Below, piece after piece: positions 20,250-30,912 of a DNA stretch of 64,000 nt (positions within the stretch are counted from its first letter, which is position 1; each line of letters starts with the position of its first letter). The stretch covers positions 3,112,307 to 3,176,306 of the forward strand of contig OZ244061.1 of the NCBI GenBank assembly GCA_965215475.1, given 5' to 3'. Source of the DNA: Rhodothermales bacterium. GTDB taxonomy: Bacteria > Bacteroidota > Rhodothermia > Rhodothermales > Bin80. A model generated the notes under the pieces. That model did not search any database, was not told the origin of the DNA, and saw only the letters and a program-made list of their open reading frames with translations. Made by a program: the position numbers and the translations under genes.

Positions 20250-22498
20250 AATTCAAATTTTATGCCAGCAGTTGGAATAATTGGTAGTTGATTATTTTGC
20301 TCAGCGGTAAAGACATCAAGCGAAAAAAGATTACTCTTGTTATATAGGTTGATGACGCCGGCCTGGATGGTGACAAAAGAATCATCACGGTACTGAAACA
20401 CCCGATCAATGGAGAGATCAAGGCGGTGATAACTCGGTAGCAGTCCAGCAAATGGGCGATCATAAATCACTCGTGCTGTACCAGGATTCGCAGATACGTT
20501 CACAGGTCCATCCAGGAGAATAAATCCATCAAATCCGCGAATCTGACTGTAGGGTAGCCCGCTGCCAAAATTCCATCGGACACTGAAGTCAAATTTCTTC
20601 CAGGTAAAGCTCAGAAGTGCATTAATTTGATGTCGGCGATCGTGTGGTGGGCGGTATCGAACTTCATTGGAGCCAAACCAGACCGGAAGCGTTTCTTGCA
20701 TCGCGTTGTATTCTACAGAAGAGAGACCATAATTCAGGAATGCATAGAAATTCGTCTGTCGCAATTCCAGCCTTAAATCCATTCCCATTGCGCGCCCGGA
20801 TGCTTCTTGCAAGCGCGTTGTGAACCTGGGGAATGCCGTCCATTCTGAAACGAAAAGGCTCGAGAATTTTTTGTAGAACAACTCTGCCGATAGATTGACT
20901 CCCGGGCGGAGCGAAGTGCTGTATCCAACCAGGCTGTGAATGGAGTTTGGAAGGCTGCCGGTCGGAGATCCAGTCCATGCGGTGAATACATTCGTTGCAT
21001 CTCGGCGATCATTGAGGCCAACCATCTCCTGACGATAAAATCCACCCGCAAGGCTGAATTGATGAGAGCCCAATGCATAGATCACACGTATTCTTGGCTC
21101 AAAGTGAAATCCTTGATCTCCCAGAAATTCGGCAATCAGTCCTATACGCCCCTTTAGATTCGGAGTAAAGCTGAATTCTGGCTCCAAGTAGGCACCGGTG
21201 GAAAGAATCCGGTCACTGCTGAAATCCAGGTTCTGAAACAACCCTCCTAGGCTGGCATCCAGCCTAGGAGCACGTAAATAGAACCCCCAATCAATGTTTG
21301 TACGTTGCCCGTAATTGGTCAGGTTGACGGTAAGGTTAAACCCCTCAATCGCGCTCGAGCGATCCGGTTCATCCTTTGGCCCTCTCTCCATGTTCAAGAT
21401 CGATACTGAAAAAAGAACTTCCCCTAACATAGGAAGGCTCGGAGGTACAACTAGCCAGCGGGCACCATAGGCCGTATTATTCCAGCGGACTTCATCACCA
21501 TTCTCGTTCACCGTATCAAGTGTGCCACGATCATACGTGTGGATGGCACTAATGGAGGCCTGATGACTATCACTGATGATCCAGTGGATTTTTCCAAAAA
21601 AATCTCCAAAATTATAAGGGACGGGCTGATCAATATAACTTGAAGCAACTCGTTCAATGGTTGATGCACGACCGGAAAACAAATAGGACATACGTCCACG
21701 CTTGACGGGGCCCTCAAGAATTCCCATATTGACAAAGGGAGCAAAAGAAAAGGTTCGGCGGGATTCCTGTAGGTTGCCGTTACGAGTATGTACGTCAATG
21801 ACCGAAGACATACGCCCAGAATATTTGCTGCTGAATGCTCCCGCGTGAATATCTGCATTACGGAGGATATCGGAGGAAAAAGCCGAATAGAATCCCAGTA
21901 TATGAAAGGGTTGATAGATATACATCCCATCCAGAAGGGTAAGGTTATGGGATGGTTCACCTCCACGAATAAAGACCTGTCCCCCGCGATCTCCAATAGA
22001 AACGACTCCTGGCATCGCAGAGAGATAAGAAACAAGGTCTCCAGATACATCTGGAGTCGGGACCAGATCCACATCAGCGGGCCGGACCGTTTGTACACCA
22101 GCTGCGACCGTCACACCTCCTTCTCGCTCCCCTTCTACGACCACAGCATCCAATTCAAATCCAGATGGAAGAGAGATGGAAACCTGTTCTGTTTGATCTT
22201 CTACCAGATCCAGTGTATCCCTGTACGTTTCGTACCCGATAAAGGAGGCTTGCAAAAACCAGCGTCCCGGCTGTAACCGGACTACGATAAAGAATCCATC
22301 ATCGTTTGTACTGCCTCCCCGCAAATTTCCTGAGGCATCTCGAAGGGCAATATTTACTCCTTGAAGGACTTGTCCATCCGAAGCATCCACCACAAATCCA
22401 CGAACGGATGCCGTCTGTGCACTTACCTGTGGTATACAAAAAAGTAACAGGACACCCAATAAAAATAATCTGTAGCGCAGTGAATAGATTATCGGCAT
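20246..22498 (-). CDS. TonB-dependent receptor with CarboxypepD_reg domain (paralogue of 10023-12278)
   Basis: Collinear with the first TBDR (VRGFVVDASDGQVLQGVNIAL.., IRGGEPSHNLTLLDGMYIYQPFHILGFYSAFSSDI.., ..AGIKFEF). Confidence 0.85.
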   Translation of the reverse strand: MPIIYSLRYRLFLLGVLLLFCIPQVSAQTASVRGFVVDASDGQVLQGVNIALRDASGNLRGGSTNDDGFFIVVRLQPGRWFLQASFIGYETYRDTLDLVEDQTEQVSISLPSGFELDAVVVEGEREGGVTVAAGVQTVRPADVDLVPTPDVSGDLVSYLSAMPGVVSIGDRGGQVFIRGGEPSHNLTLLDGMYIYQPFHILGFYSAFSSDILRNADIHAGAFSSKYSGRMSSVIDVHTRNGNLQESRRTFSFAPFVNMGILEGPVKRGRMSYLFSGRASTIERVASSYIDQPVPYNFGDFFGKIHWIISDSHQASISAIHTYDRGTLDTVNENGDEVRWNNTAYGARWLVVPPSLPMLGEVLFSVSILNMERGPKDEPDRSSAIEGFNLTVNLTNYGQRTNIDWGFYLRAPRLDASLGGLFQNLDFSSDRILSTGAYLEPEFSFTPNLKGRIGLIAEFLGDQGFHFEPRIRVIYALGSHQFSLAGGFYRQEMVGLNDRRDATNVFTAWTGSPTGSLPNSIHSLVGYSTSLRPGVNLSAELFYKKFSSLFVSEWTAFPRFTTRLQEASGRAMGMDLRLELRQTNFYAFLNYGLSSVEYNAMQETLPVWFGSNEVRYRPPHDRRHQINALLSFTWKKFDFSVRWNFGSGLPYSQIRGFDGFILLDGPVNVSANPGTARVIYDRPFAGLLPSYHRLDLSIDRVFQYRDDSFVTIQAGVINLYNKSNLFSLDVFTAEQNNQLPIIPTAGIKFEF

Positions 22499-22547
22499 AC
22501 TCTCTCTCCACCCATTCTCGGAACAAGAAATAAAGGATTTAGAGGAA

Positions 22548-22922
22548 CTACAGGAAGCCCAGTTCTAATTTCGCCTCATCACTCATCATATCAATGGTAA
22601 AAGGAGGATCAAACGTGAGTTCCACATGTGCATCGGTGACTCCTTCTGTGAGCATGACCACAGATTCAACCTGACTCGGGAGACTATCCGCTACGGGACA
22701 ATTTGGAGTGGTTAAGGTCATGGTGACAAATGCTCGATCATCCTCGTCCAATCGCACCTTGTAAATCAGTCCCAAGTCATAGACATTCACCGGGATTTCT
22801 GGGTCGTAGACCTGTCGAATAGAGTCGATGATTTCCTCAGCCAGGCGGTCATTTTTCGAGTGATTAATAATTTCACAATTCATTAGATTCTGCAAGAGAT
22901 GCTTCTTTTTGAATACGTTCAA
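22548..22922 (-). CDS. sufT: SUF-associated DUF59/SufT-like Fe-S assembly protein
   Basis: DPEIPVNVYDLGLIY and TLTTPNCPV motifs. Last gene of the suf cluster. Confidence 0.75.
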   Translation of the reverse strand: MNVFKKKHLLQNLMNCEIINHSKNDRLAEEIIDSIRQVYDPEIPVNVYDLGLIYKVRLDEDDRAFVTMTLTTPNCPVADSLPSQVESVVMLTEGVTDAHVELTFDPPFTIDMMSDEAKLELGFL

Positions 22923-24582
22923 TCATGCGGTTTAATCCATTTTTTCGGCGCGCAGTGATAAGATTTGGAAGTCCGATATCGTTCACTAAGGCAAACAGGT
23001 CGGTCTCCAGGATAGTTTGCGGAGCTTGACCGTCCATTAGACGCACTAGAAGAGCAATCATTCCCCGAGTGATGAGTGCATCGCTGTCCGCCTCAAAATA
23101 GATTCGCCCTTCACGTATCGTACTATGTAGCCAAACCATTGCCAGGCATCCATGAATTCGATTTTTTTCGGTTTTGAGTGAGTGATCGATATCCTTCAGA
23201 TTTTCGCCGAGTTCAATCAGGTATTCTCGTCGATCATCTGCATCTTCAAAAAGCTCCAGATCCTCAAGTAAGGCAGCTTTGCGAGCCTCAATCGATTCAT
23301 TCGCAGATGGAGGTGAATCGGCGTGGTTAATCGTTGGAGATGAGAGAGTTTTTTGAGAATGTTCATGGACAATCTCGTTCAGTCTTGCGACAAGGATATC
23401 AATATCTTCATGAGTATTGTAAGCTCCTAGAGAAGCGCGAACCGTTCCAGGGATCCCAAAGTACTTCATCAAAGGCATCGTACAATGATGTCCTGTTCGC
23501 ACGGCAACCCCTGCTTGATCGAGTGCATGGCCAACATCATATGGATGCTGTCCTTCAAGTAAAAAACTTATAGAACCTACCTTTTGGGAAGCTGTGCCTA
23601 CAATTGTCAGGCCAGGCACGGTCTGGAGTTCTGAATGGGCATAGTCGAGGAGGGCTTCTTCTTTCTTTCGAAGAACATCCATACCGATCCCTTCCAGATA
23701 ATCAATGGCAGCCGCCATGCCAATTACGCCTGAAATATTCGGAGTGCCGGCTTCAAACTTATGTGGAACCTCGGCCCAAGTGGAAGATGTACGATGCACC
23801 TCTTCAATCATATCCCCGCCGCCATGCCAAGGGGGTAAATTCTCCAAGAGATCTTCTTTCCCATACAGAAAGCCTACTCCAGTAGGGCCATAGGCTTTGT
23901 GGCTGCTTGCGCAGTAGAAGTCGCAATCCAGCGCTTTCATGTCCAGAGGTAGATGCGGCAATCCTTGCGCCCCATCCAGGAGAACGACAATACCTCTTTT
24001 GTGTGCTTCGGCAATAAGATCTTCCACCGGATGGAGGGTCCCCAGGCTGTTGGAAACATGGCCTAAAGCGATGAGACGGGTTCGGTTGTTCATCTGTCTC
24101 ACAAACGTGTCCACACTGATCGTACCGGTTAAAGACACGTCCAAGACACGTAGCTGTGCACTTCGTTCTTCGGCAAGTAATTGCCAAGGGACAAGATTGG
24201 AGTGGTGTTCCATGACGGTGGTCAGGATTTCATCTCCCGGCCGGATATACTTTTGTCCGTACGTAGAGGCAACCAGGTTAATGGCTTCGGTGGTCCCTCG
24301 CGTAAAGACAATATTTTTTTCACTTTCTGCACCGATGAATCGGGCGACGCTCTTTCGGGTATTCTCATATCGATCCGTTGCGCGCTGGCTTAGGTAATGA
24401 ACTCCACGATGCACATTGCTGTGCTCGCGGGCATAATAATTTGCCAGACAATCAACGACACATTGAGGTTTCAGCGAAGATGCTGCGCTGTCCAGATACA
24501 CAAGCGGCTTGCCATGCACCTGTTGGCGCAGAGCAGGAAAATCAGCCCTGAGGGCATCATCTCTCAAAGCAGAATCCACCAT
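22873..24582 (-). CDS. sufS: cysteine desulfurase SufS fused to a C-terminal SufE-like domain
   Basis: Class-V aminotransferase blocks (SSHKAYGPTGVGFLYG with PLP Lys; RTGHHC with catalytic Cys). This is followed by about 140 aa with the SufE pattern ..DRREYLIELG.......IHGCLAMVWL. Confidence 0.85.
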   Translation of the reverse strand: MVDSALRDDALRADFPALRQQVHGKPLVYLDSAASSLKPQCVVDCLANYYAREHSNVHRGVHYLSQRATDRYENTRKSVARFIGAESEKNIVFTRGTTEAINLVASTYGQKYIRPGDEILTTVMEHHSNLVPWQLLAEERSAQLRVLDVSLTGTISVDTFVRQMNNRTRLIALGHVSNSLGTLHPVEDLIAEAHKRGIVVLLDGAQGLPHLPLDMKALDCDFYCASSHKAYGPTGVGFLYGKEDLLENLPPWHGGGDMIEEVHRTSSTWAEVPHKFEAGTPNISGVIGMAAAIDYLEGIGMDVLRKKEEALLDYAHSELQTVPGLTIVGTASQKVGSISFLLEGQHPYDVGHALDQAGVAVRTGHHCTMPLMKYFGIPGTVRASLGAYNTHEDIDILVARLNEIVHEHSQKTLSSPTINHADSPPSANESIEARKAALLEDLELFEDADDRREYLIELGENLKDIDHSLKTEKNRIHGCLAMVWLHSTIREGRIYFEADSDALITRGMIALLVRLMDGQAPQTILETDLFALVNDIGLPNLITARRKNGLNRMIERIQKEASLAESNEL

Positions 24583-24599
24583 GGTATGGGGTGCCCGCG

Positions 24600-25889
24600 T
24601 TAGCGTAGCATGTGCTCTACATGGTCATAGAGCGTTTCATGCATTGCAGCAACAGGCGCTTTTTCGATTATATCACCGGCAAAAGACATCAACATGAGTC
24701 GCCGTGCTTCTTCCTCATGAATCCCGCGGGAACGAAGATAGAAGAGACCATCCTTATCTAGTTGGCCTGTCGTTGCTCCATGTGAGCATTTGACATCATC
24801 AGCATAGATTTCCAGAGCTGGCTTTGAATACATCCGTGCAGTTTCTGAGAGTAAAATACTCCGATTTGTCTGGTAGGCATTGGTCAACTGGGCGTCCTGG
24901 CGAACGAGCACCTTCCCGTTAAATACTCCGGTCGCGTGATCATCCAAAAGCCCCTTGTAGTACTCGGAGCTATAACAGTTTGGTTTTGCATGGTCAACCA
25001 GAGTGTGGTTGTCAATATGAGTCTGTCCATTTGCCATAAATAGTCCATGAAGGAGGCTTTCACAGTATTCGGCGTTGGGGAGAATAGTCAGATTATTTCG
25101 GGTTAATTCGCCTCCGAACGTGAATATGCCACTATAAAATTTACTCTGTGTTTCCTGATATACGCTCAGATTGGTAACTCGGCTAACTGCCGGGGTTCCC
25201 ACCTGCAGATCCAGGTAGTCAACATGAGCTTCCTTTCCAACATGAATCTCCGTGACCCCATTGATGAGAAGAGAGGCGGCCCCCACAATCTCTGTCGATT
25301 GGAGTACCTGAACAGATGCATGGTCATCCACGTGCATGAAAGTTCGTGGTTGGATCAGGGTCGTATCATTGCATGTGACAACATGAAGAATATGAATGGG
25401 GTGATCCAGTTTGATCCCGGCAAGAATGGTGATGACCGCTCCATCTTTGATGAATGCCGTATTCAGGGCGGTAAAAGGCTCTTCGGCAAAGTCGGCATGA
25501 TGTCCTAGATGTGCTTGGACAACATCTTTTTCCGCGGCCGTGGAGAGGCTTTCAATGCAGACTCCTTCCGGAACCTGATCCAGTCGAGATTGCTCGGGAT
25601 CAAAGCGTCCATTCACGAATACGGCTACATAGGGAGTATCGAGTGCATCAAGACCCTTGGCCGGAGCTTGGGCGGCTTCTGCAATCTGATAGGTCCGGCC
25701 AATGATCGGTGTCACATTTGTATACTTCCAGGATTCATTCTTTGGTTTAGGAAAGCCAGTCTGGGCAAAACATTCAATTGCCTTTTGTGAGAGGTCAGAC
25801 AGCGAGTCCGCCGTTCCATTCATGGACTGGTAGCGTTTGTATACTGCCAGAAAACGATCCTCAACACGATGATCCATCAATTTTGGCAT
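24600..25889 (-). CDS. sufD: Fe-S cluster assembly protein SufD
   Basis: Lies between sufC and sufS. C-terminal beta-helix pattern ..KPALEIYADDVKCSHGATTGQLD..LFYLRSRGI. Confidence 0.85.
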   Translation of the reverse strand: MPKLMDHRVEDRFLAVYKRYQSMNGTADSLSDLSQKAIECFAQTGFPKPKNESWKYTNVTPIIGRTYQIAEAAQAPAKGLDALDTPYVAVFVNGRFDPEQSRLDQVPEGVCIESLSTAAEKDVVQAHLGHHADFAEEPFTALNTAFIKDGAVITILAGIKLDHPIHILHVVTCNDTTLIQPRTFMHVDDHASVQVLQSTEIVGAASLLINGVTEIHVGKEAHVDYLDLQVGTPAVSRVTNLSVYQETQSKFYSGIFTFGGELTRNNLTILPNAEYCESLLHGLFMANGQTHIDNHTLVDHAKPNCYSSEYYKGLLDDHATGVFNGKVLVRQDAQLTNAYQTNRSILLSETARMYSKPALEIYADDVKCSHGATTGQLDKDGLFYLRSRGIHEEEARRLMLMSFAGDIIEKAPVAAMHETLYDHVEHMLR

Positions 25890-25892
25890 CTC

Positions 25893-26654
25893 CTAAGCGG
25901 GCAGGTGATTTTGAATCCAGTCATACCCACGTTTTTCGAGTTTGGATGCGAGTTCTTTCCCTCCGGATTGAACGATCTTACCATCAACCATCACGTGAAC
26001 AAAGTCAGGTACGATATAATTAAGAAGGCGCTGATAGTGTGTAATAATCAAAAATCCTCTTTCAGGATTTCTCAATTGGTTGACCCCGTGGGCAACACTT
26101 CGAAGAGCATCAATATCAAGCCCGGAATCGGTTTCATCCAGGATGGCCATGGTTGGTTCTAGCATGGCTAGTTGAAAGATTTCATTCCGCTTTTTTTCTC
26201 CACCGGAGAAGCCCTGATTTACCGAGCGTTGTTTCAGGCGAGGGTTCAATTCGATCATAGCTGCTTTTTCTTTCGCAAGGCGCAGCAGTGCCGCAGCTCC
26301 CAGAGGTTCTTGTCCTCGATGCTCCCGTACGGAATTGACGGCTTGCTTCAAGAAATTCATCATACTGACCCCAGGTAATTCAACGGGGTACTGAAAAGCT
26401 AAGAACACGCCTTCACGGGCACGTTCATCTACATCCATCTCCAAGAGATCTTCTCCAAGGTAATGTACATGCCCCCCGTCAATTTCGTAATCCTCACGCC
26501 CTGCTAGGATGGAAGCCAACGTACTTTTTCCCGAGCCATTGGGCCCCATAATCGCATGAACCTCCCCAGGGTTTACCGAGAGGTTTACGCCCTTAAGGAT
26601 GGGCATATCTTCAACGGAGGCCTGCAGCCCCCGGATTTCTAAAATTGATTTCAT
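25893..26654 (-). CDS. sufC: Fe-S cluster assembly ATPase SufC
   Basis: Walker A GPNGSGKST, ABC signature FSGGEKKR and Walker B AILDETDSGLD. Confidence 0.95.
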   Translation of the reverse strand: MKSILEIRGLQASVEDMPILKGVNLSVNPGEVHAIMGPNGSGKSTLASILAGREDYEIDGGHVHYLGEDLLEMDVDERAREGVFLAFQYPVELPGVSMMNFLKQAVNSVREHRGQEPLGAAALLRLAKEKAAMIELNPRLKQRSVNQGFSGGEKKRNEIFQLAMLEPTMAILDETDSGLDIDALRSVAHGVNQLRNPERGFLIITHYQRLLNYIVPDFVHVMVDGKIVQSGGKELASKLEKRGYDWIQNHLPA

Positions 26655-26691
26655 TCCTTATGATATGGATCAAGTGATCCGTGGATAATTC

Positions 26692-28215
26692 TTATCCGAC
26701 GGATCCTTCAAGTTCAATGGCCAGGAGTTTTCGTGCCTCAACGGCAAACTCCATCGGCAACTTGGTTAGAATTTCCTGGCAGAATCCACTCACCAGCAGT
26801 TTGATCGCGTCTTGTTCGCTGATTCCCCGCTGCTGGCAGTAGAACATTTGATCTTCGCCCACTTTACTCGTTGTTGCTTCATGTTCTATCTGTGCGGTTG
26901 GATTATGTATTTCCAGGTATGGAAAAGTATGAGCTCCACAACGGTCTCCCAACAGCATGGAGTCACATTGCGCAAAATTTCTGGCATTCTCAGCCTTCTT
27001 ATTAATGCGCACTAACCCACGATAGCTGTTATTGGATTGTCCTGCGGAGATCCCTTTAGAGATAATTGTACTGGATGTATTCCGGCCAAGGTGGAGCATT
27101 TTCGTTCCTGTATCGGCCTGCTGTTTTCCTTTGGTAAACGCGACAGAATAAAATTCTCCAATCGAATGATCTCCTTTTAGGATCACACTGGGATATTTCC
27201 AAGTGATTGCAGACCCTGTTTCCAGCTGGGTCCATGAGATTTTAGATCCGACTCCTTCGCAGATTCCTCGCTTGGTTACAAAATTAAACACCCCTCCTTT
27301 ACCATCGGCATTGCCGGGATACCAGTTTTGAATCGTTGAGTATTTTACTTCGGCGTCTTTATGTGCAATGATCTCCACGACGGCGGCATGAAGTTGATTC
27401 TCATCCCGTTGCGGAGCAGTGCAACCTTCGAGATAGGAGACATAAGATCCTTCTTCAGCCACGATCAGGGTCCTCTCAAACTGTCCGGTTCCGGCCTGAT
27501 TGATCCGGAAGTAAGTAGATAATTCCATGGGGCAGTGAACTCCGGGAGGGATATAGCAAAACGACCCATCGCTAAATACAGCCGCGTTCAGGGCTGCATA
27601 AAAATTGTCAGTATGAGGGACTACGCTCCCCATATATTTGCGGACCAAGTCGCCATGATTTTCGATGGCTTCGGTAAACGAACAGAATATAATCCCAAGC
27701 TTAGCTAGTTCCTCCTTAAAGGTAGTCGCAACCGAGACACTATCGATAACGGCATCTACAGCGACACCGGCAAGTACTTTCTGCTCCTCGAGAGGAATTC
27801 CCAGTGCTTCGAAGGTTTTCAGTAGTTCGGGATCCACTTCATCCAGGCTCTCGTAGCGGGGTTTACTTCCTGGAGCGGAGTAATAGCTGATATTTTGAAA
27901 ATCAATTTCAGGATAATCCAAGTGTGCCCAGCGGGGATATTTATCTGTATCGGATGCTAGCTTCTGCCAGTGTCGAAATGCTCGGAGGCGGCTTTCCAAC
28001 ATCCAGTCAGGATCCTGCTTTTTAGCGGAGATCAGTCGAATTACGTCCTCGCTCAATCCTTTCGGAATCGTATCAGAGTCAATATCTGTTGACCAGCCGT
28101 GCTCGTAGTCGCTTTCGGCTACTTCATGCAGGTATTGTGTATCGGTATTCATATCAATTGATGGAGTAAGTGCGGAGGCATTTAAGATGCGTAACACATA
28201 ATCTGATAAAACCAA
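26692..28215 (-). CDS. sufB: Fe-S cluster assembly scaffold SufB (real start probably MNTDTQ.. at 28152)
   Basis: Highly conserved SufB blocks (..[12 protein letters not shown].., ..[16 protein letters not shown].., ..[22 protein letters not shown]..). Confidence 0.95.
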   Translation of the reverse strand: MVLSDYVLRILNASALTPSIDMNTDTQYLHEVAESDYEHGWSTDIDSDTIPKGLSEDVIRLISAKKQDPDWMLESRLRAFRHWQKLASDTDKYPRWAHLDYPEIDFQNISYYSAPGSKPRYESLDEVDPELLKTFEALGIPLEEQKVLAGVAVDAVIDSVSVATTFKEELAKLGIIFCSFTEAIENHGDLVRKYMGSVVPHTDNFYAALNAAVFSDGSFCYIPPGVHCPMELSTYFRINQAGTGQFERTLIVAEEGSYVSYLEGCTAPQRDENQLHAAVVEIIAHKDAEVKYSTIQNWYPGNADGKGGVFNFVTKRGICEGVGSKISWTQLETGSAITWKYPSVILKGDHSIGEFYSVAFTKGKQQADTGTKMLHLGRNTSSTIISKGISAGQSNNSYRGLVRINKKAENARNFAQCDSMLLGDRCGAHTFPYLEIHNPTAQIEHEATTSKVGEDQMFYCQQRGISEQDAIKLLVSGFCQEILTKLPMEFAVEARKLLAIELEGSVG

Positions 28216-28293
28216 TACAGTAAACCTTCTGCATCTTTCTTCGTTCCTATATGTAGCAGTCTATTGTATACATTTTGTAAAAGGAATTCACAC

Positions 28294-28626
28294 ATGTTTC
28301 TGAAGATCACAAAGCGGGCTGGTGAACAGATTCGTACAGTTGCCATGCAGGAAAACGTTGACCTAGATGAAGCCTATGTACGATTGGCGGTTATCCAGGG
28401 TGGTTGCTCAGGTCTCACATATGATTTAGGTTGGGACACCGAAGTAAAAGAAGGGGATTCCCGGATTGATGTGGAGGGGTTGGCTATTGTTGTAGATCAG
28501 CGCAGTGGAATGTATTTGGATGGGACAGAACTTGATTTTACAGATGGATTGGAGGGGAAAGGGTTTCATTTTTCCAATCCTCAGGCAGCCAGAACTTGTG
28601 CCTGCGGTGAGTCATTTGGCCTGTAG
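28294..28626 (+). CDS. HesB/IscA-family Fe-S cluster insertion protein
   Basis: ..GGCSGLTYDL.. and C-terminal CACGESFGL. Divergent from sufB. Confidence 0.85.
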   Translation: MFLKITKRAGEQIRTVAMQENVDLDEAYVRLAVIQGGCSGLTYDLGWDTEVKEGDSRIDVEGLAIVVDQRSGMYLDGTELDFTDGLEGKGFHFSNPQAARTCACGESFGL

Positions 28627-29116
28627 AATCAATGGTCAGGGTTGAAAAAAACCCCTGTTTTTGGCTCAATCCCCAGTATAAAATCTCAAATTCATTACGA
28701 CTGAAGCTCTTGCAAAACCTCTATCTCTTGAGCGAAAACATTGCTCTGGGAGTACCTAGGGGATTTTTTCTATCTGCATCAAGGGTTTTGCAAGAGTCTC
28801 GACTTACTTGGAGTTTTTGCTTGAATTCATTTTGTCGATATATGTACACGTACGACAATATTGCTTGTAGTAGTCAAGATGAAATGCAGTATATCGCCGG
28901 GATGTAACACTATGGGCAACAAACTAAGCTCCCGGTCGTATCTTCGCACTTGTAGGCAATATATGGTAGGGTAGGTACAGTGTCATCCGAATGGATGGTT
29001 CGATAGATTTGAAATTAGCTGAAGGCGAATGTAGCAACTGTCTTAACTTACGATAAGTCAGCGAAACAAAATTGGCGAGTTAGCCCTATGACCAAACTCA
29101 ACCGAATAGAATAACA

Positions 29117-29434
29117 ATGGTGGATAATATTTCTCTAGACACAGTGAAACAACCAAATTCAGAGCATGATCAGTATGATCTTAAGAAGGAATTAAAGGCA
29201 ATGGATGATTTTATTGAGCGCCTTGAAGCCAGTCGTAGGGGAGTGGTACAACGTGGCACATATTTTACTCCTAAGCGAGATTTCTGGGACGAAATGATTG
29301 ACATCAATTGTACTCCTCAGGGGCAGGATCTTCGTATCCGCTATTCTGGTACTTGGGGTAGTTTGATGGAAATATGGCAGCTTGTCGGAGCTTATTTATC
29401 GGACGCAATGTCTTACGAACAAAAACGAACTTAA
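29117..29434 (+). CDS. hypothetical protein
   Basis: 105-aa ORF in an AT-rich intergenic islet. No motif recognised. Confidence 0.3.
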   Translation: MVDNISLDTVKQPNSEHDQYDLKKELKAMDDFIERLEASRRGVVQRGTYFTPKRDFWDEMIDINCTPQGQDLRIRYSGTWGSLMEIWQLVGAYLSDAMSYEQKRT

Positions 29435-29566
29435 TGCCAAATCAGGAAGTAGATAAACCAACCTCCGAAAACGGAAACATCTCTTGATCAAGTTTCAGAT
29501 GAGGGGGATGAACTTGCGGGAGATTTTGATCTCAAGCATTGGTTAAAGAAGGATACGCCTCCAGAA

Positions 29567-29884
29567 GTGTTGGAACGTGTTACGAGAATACAGAGAGTCG
29601 TGACATATAGCGGACCGCTCCCGCCTTCATCCGAGTTAGCCAAATATGAGAAAGTACAACCTGGAGCGGCTGATCGAATTATCGCCATGGCTGAAAATGT
29701 TCAGATAATGGAGCGTTCTAAATTTCAAGAAGAAGCGGGCATAATCAGGAGAAGGATTACCAATTCTACGATGGTTTCTTTTTACATGATTACAGCTGCC
29801 ATTGTAGCTATTCTGTTTGATCCAGCCTGGTTATCAATTCCACTGGGGTTAGCAGGAGTTCTGACTTTATTAGTGCGAGAATGA
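29567..29884 (+). CDS. DUF2335-like membrane protein (possibly 5'-frameshifted)
   Basis: YSGPLPPSSELAKYEKVQPGAADRIIAMAE plus C-terminal TM helices match the DUF2335 pattern. An ATG at 29434 opens a short ORF in another frame that stops at 29485-29487. Confidence 0.5.
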   Translation: MLERVTRIQRVVTYSGPLPPSSELAKYEKVQPGAADRIIAMAENVQIMERSKFQEEAGIIRRRITNSTMVSFYMITAAIVAILFDPAWLSIPLGLAGVLTLLVRE

Positions 29885-30432
29885 TTCAAGAGAATCAAAG
29901 CATGAGGTGATAAGAGTCTGTGGATTTACAGAAATTGAGTCAAAAGATCACTTTAAGAGAAAAACATTGTGACATAAATTTATGGAATAGTCGAATTGGG
30001 ATGAATAGTATGGGGCAATCTAAAAGCCCAAGTTCGTGGAAAAGTCCATAATCTCAATTCTTTTCTTCTACGGTGGACTGAATTTCTACCCACAACATTC
30101 GTGGCAGAAGCATATGTGATTACCAAGATTTAAGTTCTATAAAGTGGGGCATGGATATTGGAATCTAAAATGTGAAGTTGGATGCGCTTGTTGAGAAGAT
30201 CAATTCTCTAGGAGATGCCATAGATCGGCAATACCGCATCTGCCTCTAGGTGATCGGGATCGTATCCACTTTATGGGGTAGCATGATCTAGGGATTCACC
30301 TGAACCGATAGCATACGATACGAATCTGGGGTAACACAACATAATGAGCGGTTATAAAAATACAGGAATCCCGTTGCCGGTAATATAGAAGTGTCGTAGA
30401 ATCTATCGACGAAGAGATGATTGGAATCGTGG

Positions 30433-30912
30433 TCAGTGACGGACCCAGCTCACTTGATCTCCTTCTACAATTCCCCTTGTATCCGCAAAGCCACCGGGGA
30501 CTTCCAGCACAAACTGTGCAGGTGCACCTCCCACGATCGGTTCATCTGAATATGGTCGTGCATATTTTGCGATATCCACAATCGTAGAATCGTTGGAAAT
30601 AAAGAGAATGTCCAGAGATAACGGGGTGTTGCCCATCCAGAATTGCCGAATTTCCTGACGATCAAATAGAAACAGCATTCCAGATTCTGGGGGGAATGAG
30701 GTCCGCTGCATCATTCCTCGCTCACGAAGCGAGTCAGTGTCTGCAATCTCAATCTCAAGCGATAGGATAGATTCTCCCATACGCAGGAAGTCAAGTGAAC
30801 CATCCACCCTGAATGGAATCTCAGGTACCGTCGTCGGAATTGGCTCAGGCGAGTTCTGACACGAAGATGCCAGGATGAGGATAAGAAGTAAGGGGGCAAG
30901 GTGGTACCTCAT
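30433..30912 (-). CDS. DUF192 (COG1430) lipoprotein
   Basis: Lipobox LILASSC. ..RERGMMQR..GMLFLF....FWMGNTPLSLDILFI.. is the DUF192 core. ATGA overlap with the upstream paralogue. Confidence 0.7.
   Translation of the reverse strand: MRYHLAPLLLILILASSCQNSPEPIPTTVPEIPFRVDGSLDFLRMGESILSLEIEIADTDSLRERGMMQRTSFPPESGMLFLFDRQEIRQFWMGNTPLSLDILFISNDSTIVDIAKYARPYSDEPIVGGAPAQFVLEVPGGFADTRGIVEGDQVSWVRH

Noticed and set aside
28632-28907. 91-aa ORF downstream of iscA
   Set aside because: Odd composition and no motif. It contains the 13-bp inverted repeat, so it is probably non-coding.
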